A DNA stretch of 49,856 bases from a virus. The notes under the pieces were generated by a model. It ran no database searches. It saw nothing but the letters and a program-made list of their open reading frames with translations, and was not told where the DNA came from. Made by a program: the position numbers and the translations under genes. Location of the stretch: the IMG/VR virus record IMGVR_UViG_3300037313_000092, positions 1-49,856 of that record; one strand, given 5' to 3'. Shown piece by piece: positions 49,347 to 49,856 of the stretch (position 1 is the stretch's first letter; every line of letters starts with the position of its first letter).

Positions 49347-49856
49347 TAAGCACCTAGATAATAAGCGACCAAACAGCTGTTGCTAGGAGCGACGGAACCA
49401 CTAAAAGAGGGTGTAGTTCCATTACAGTTTCCCCATCCTTCGATGAAGTCTGTACTACCATTCATGACAACAATTGCCGAACCTGTTAACACAGGTGCAA
49501 AAGTACCTGCGGGAAAATTCATACTTTGGAAACCACCGTTTACGGGGCTACCATTCTTAGCAATAAAAGCCTGAGCAAAACTGCCAGCAGCAAACGTTGC
49601 CGAAATCTGAAGGCAGAGACTAACGAAATACTTACCTGCGACTAAAGGTGTAAATCGGAAGTTCGTAGTATTGTCGTAGTACGTATTCGTATCAAAGATT
49701 TTGGTATCGAACTGAACCTTGGTTCCTGTACCCGACGTAAAGGATTGAGACGAAGTCCGAATGGCTTGAAAGGCCGGGTAGTTAATCTGGTTACCATTCT
49801 GGTAGACAGCACCGAAGTTAGCAGTATTAGCGCCCTTGTCTCCACCACCAGCCGAG
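49346..49856 (-). CDS. Tail fibre protein, C-terminal part of the junction-spanning ORF (C1q/TNF-like globular domain)
   Basis: Hand translation in the frame continuous with 1..1233: ...AFQAIRTSSQSFTSGTGTKVQFDTKIFDTNTYYDNTTNFRFTPLVAGKYFVSLCLQIS...SCLVAYYLGA-stop. The TAA is at 49348..49346 and shares one base with the next ATG. Nt 49730-49856 duplicate nt 1-127. Confidence 0.8.
   Translation of the reverse strand, partial: SAGGGDKGANTANFGAVYQNGNQINYPAFQAIRTSSQSFTSGTGTKVQFDTKIFDTNTYYDNTTNFRFTPLVAGKYFVSLCLQISATFAAGSFAQAFIAKNGSPVNGGFQSMNFPAGTFAPVLTGSAIVVMNGSTDFIEGWGNCNGTTPSFSGSVAPSNSCLVAYYLGA
49730..49856. repeat. Right copy of exact 127-bp terminal direct repeat
   Basis: Identical to nt 1-127. 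Confidence 0.95.

Noticed and set aside
1-49856. Search for a diversity-generating retroelement, CRISPR array, integrase/attP, toxin-antitoxin or known defence cassette
   Set aside because: I found no reverse transcriptase, no repeat-spacer array, no tyrosine or serine recombinase motifs, and no template/variable repeat pair near the fibre genes. The only long exact repeat is the 127-bp terminal overlap.

Overview
The window is one complete tailed-phage genome, podovirus-like by gene content. Nt 1-127 are repeated exactly at 49730-49856, so the unit length is 49,729 bp and the contig is circularly closed or terminally redundant.

Layout: there are two transcription arms.
- A rightward (+) early and DNA-metabolism arm runs from about 11.85 to 35.17 kb.
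- A leftward (-) lysis, packaging and virion arm starts at about 11.3 kb, runs down through nt 1, wraps the junction and ends at about 35.2 kb.
- The arms diverge at an AT-rich control region that carries a perfect sigma70-type promoter (TTGACA-N17-TATAAT).
- They converge on a bidirectional hairpin terminator at about 35.19 kb.

Recognisable late genes: SLT-like endolysin, large terminase, portal, scaffold, major capsid, two tail fibres (one spans the junction and is missing from the ORF track), a beta-helix protein, holin-like membrane proteins, gp11/gp12-like tail proteins and a 1862-aa internal virion protein.

Recognisable early genes: T7-type primase-helicase, family-A DNA polymerase, gp2.5-like SSB, Cas4-like nuclease, endonuclease VII, a metallophosphoesterase, two nucleoside-deoxyribosyltransferase-like proteins, a dNTP-pyrophosphohydrolase-like protein and one tRNA-Gln(UUG).

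Not found: a phage RNA polymerase, integrase, CRISPR array or reverse transcriptase.

Most unusual content: a tightly coupled operon of about 7.4 kb (16.48-23.93 kb). It encodes three different ATP-dependent amide-bond ligases (two GS-fold carboxylate-amine ligases and one ATP-grasp). It also encodes three gamma-glutamyl/glutamine-amide enzymes (a GGCT/AIG2-like protein, a class-I GATase/C26-like protein and a class-II Ntn amidotransferase fused to a Zn ribbon). Small acidic proteins and two unknown proteins are interleaved with these. I read it as a candidate peptide/gamma-glutamyl conjugation system with no defined substrate.

All calls come from reading the sequence, motifs and synteny. No database search was possible.
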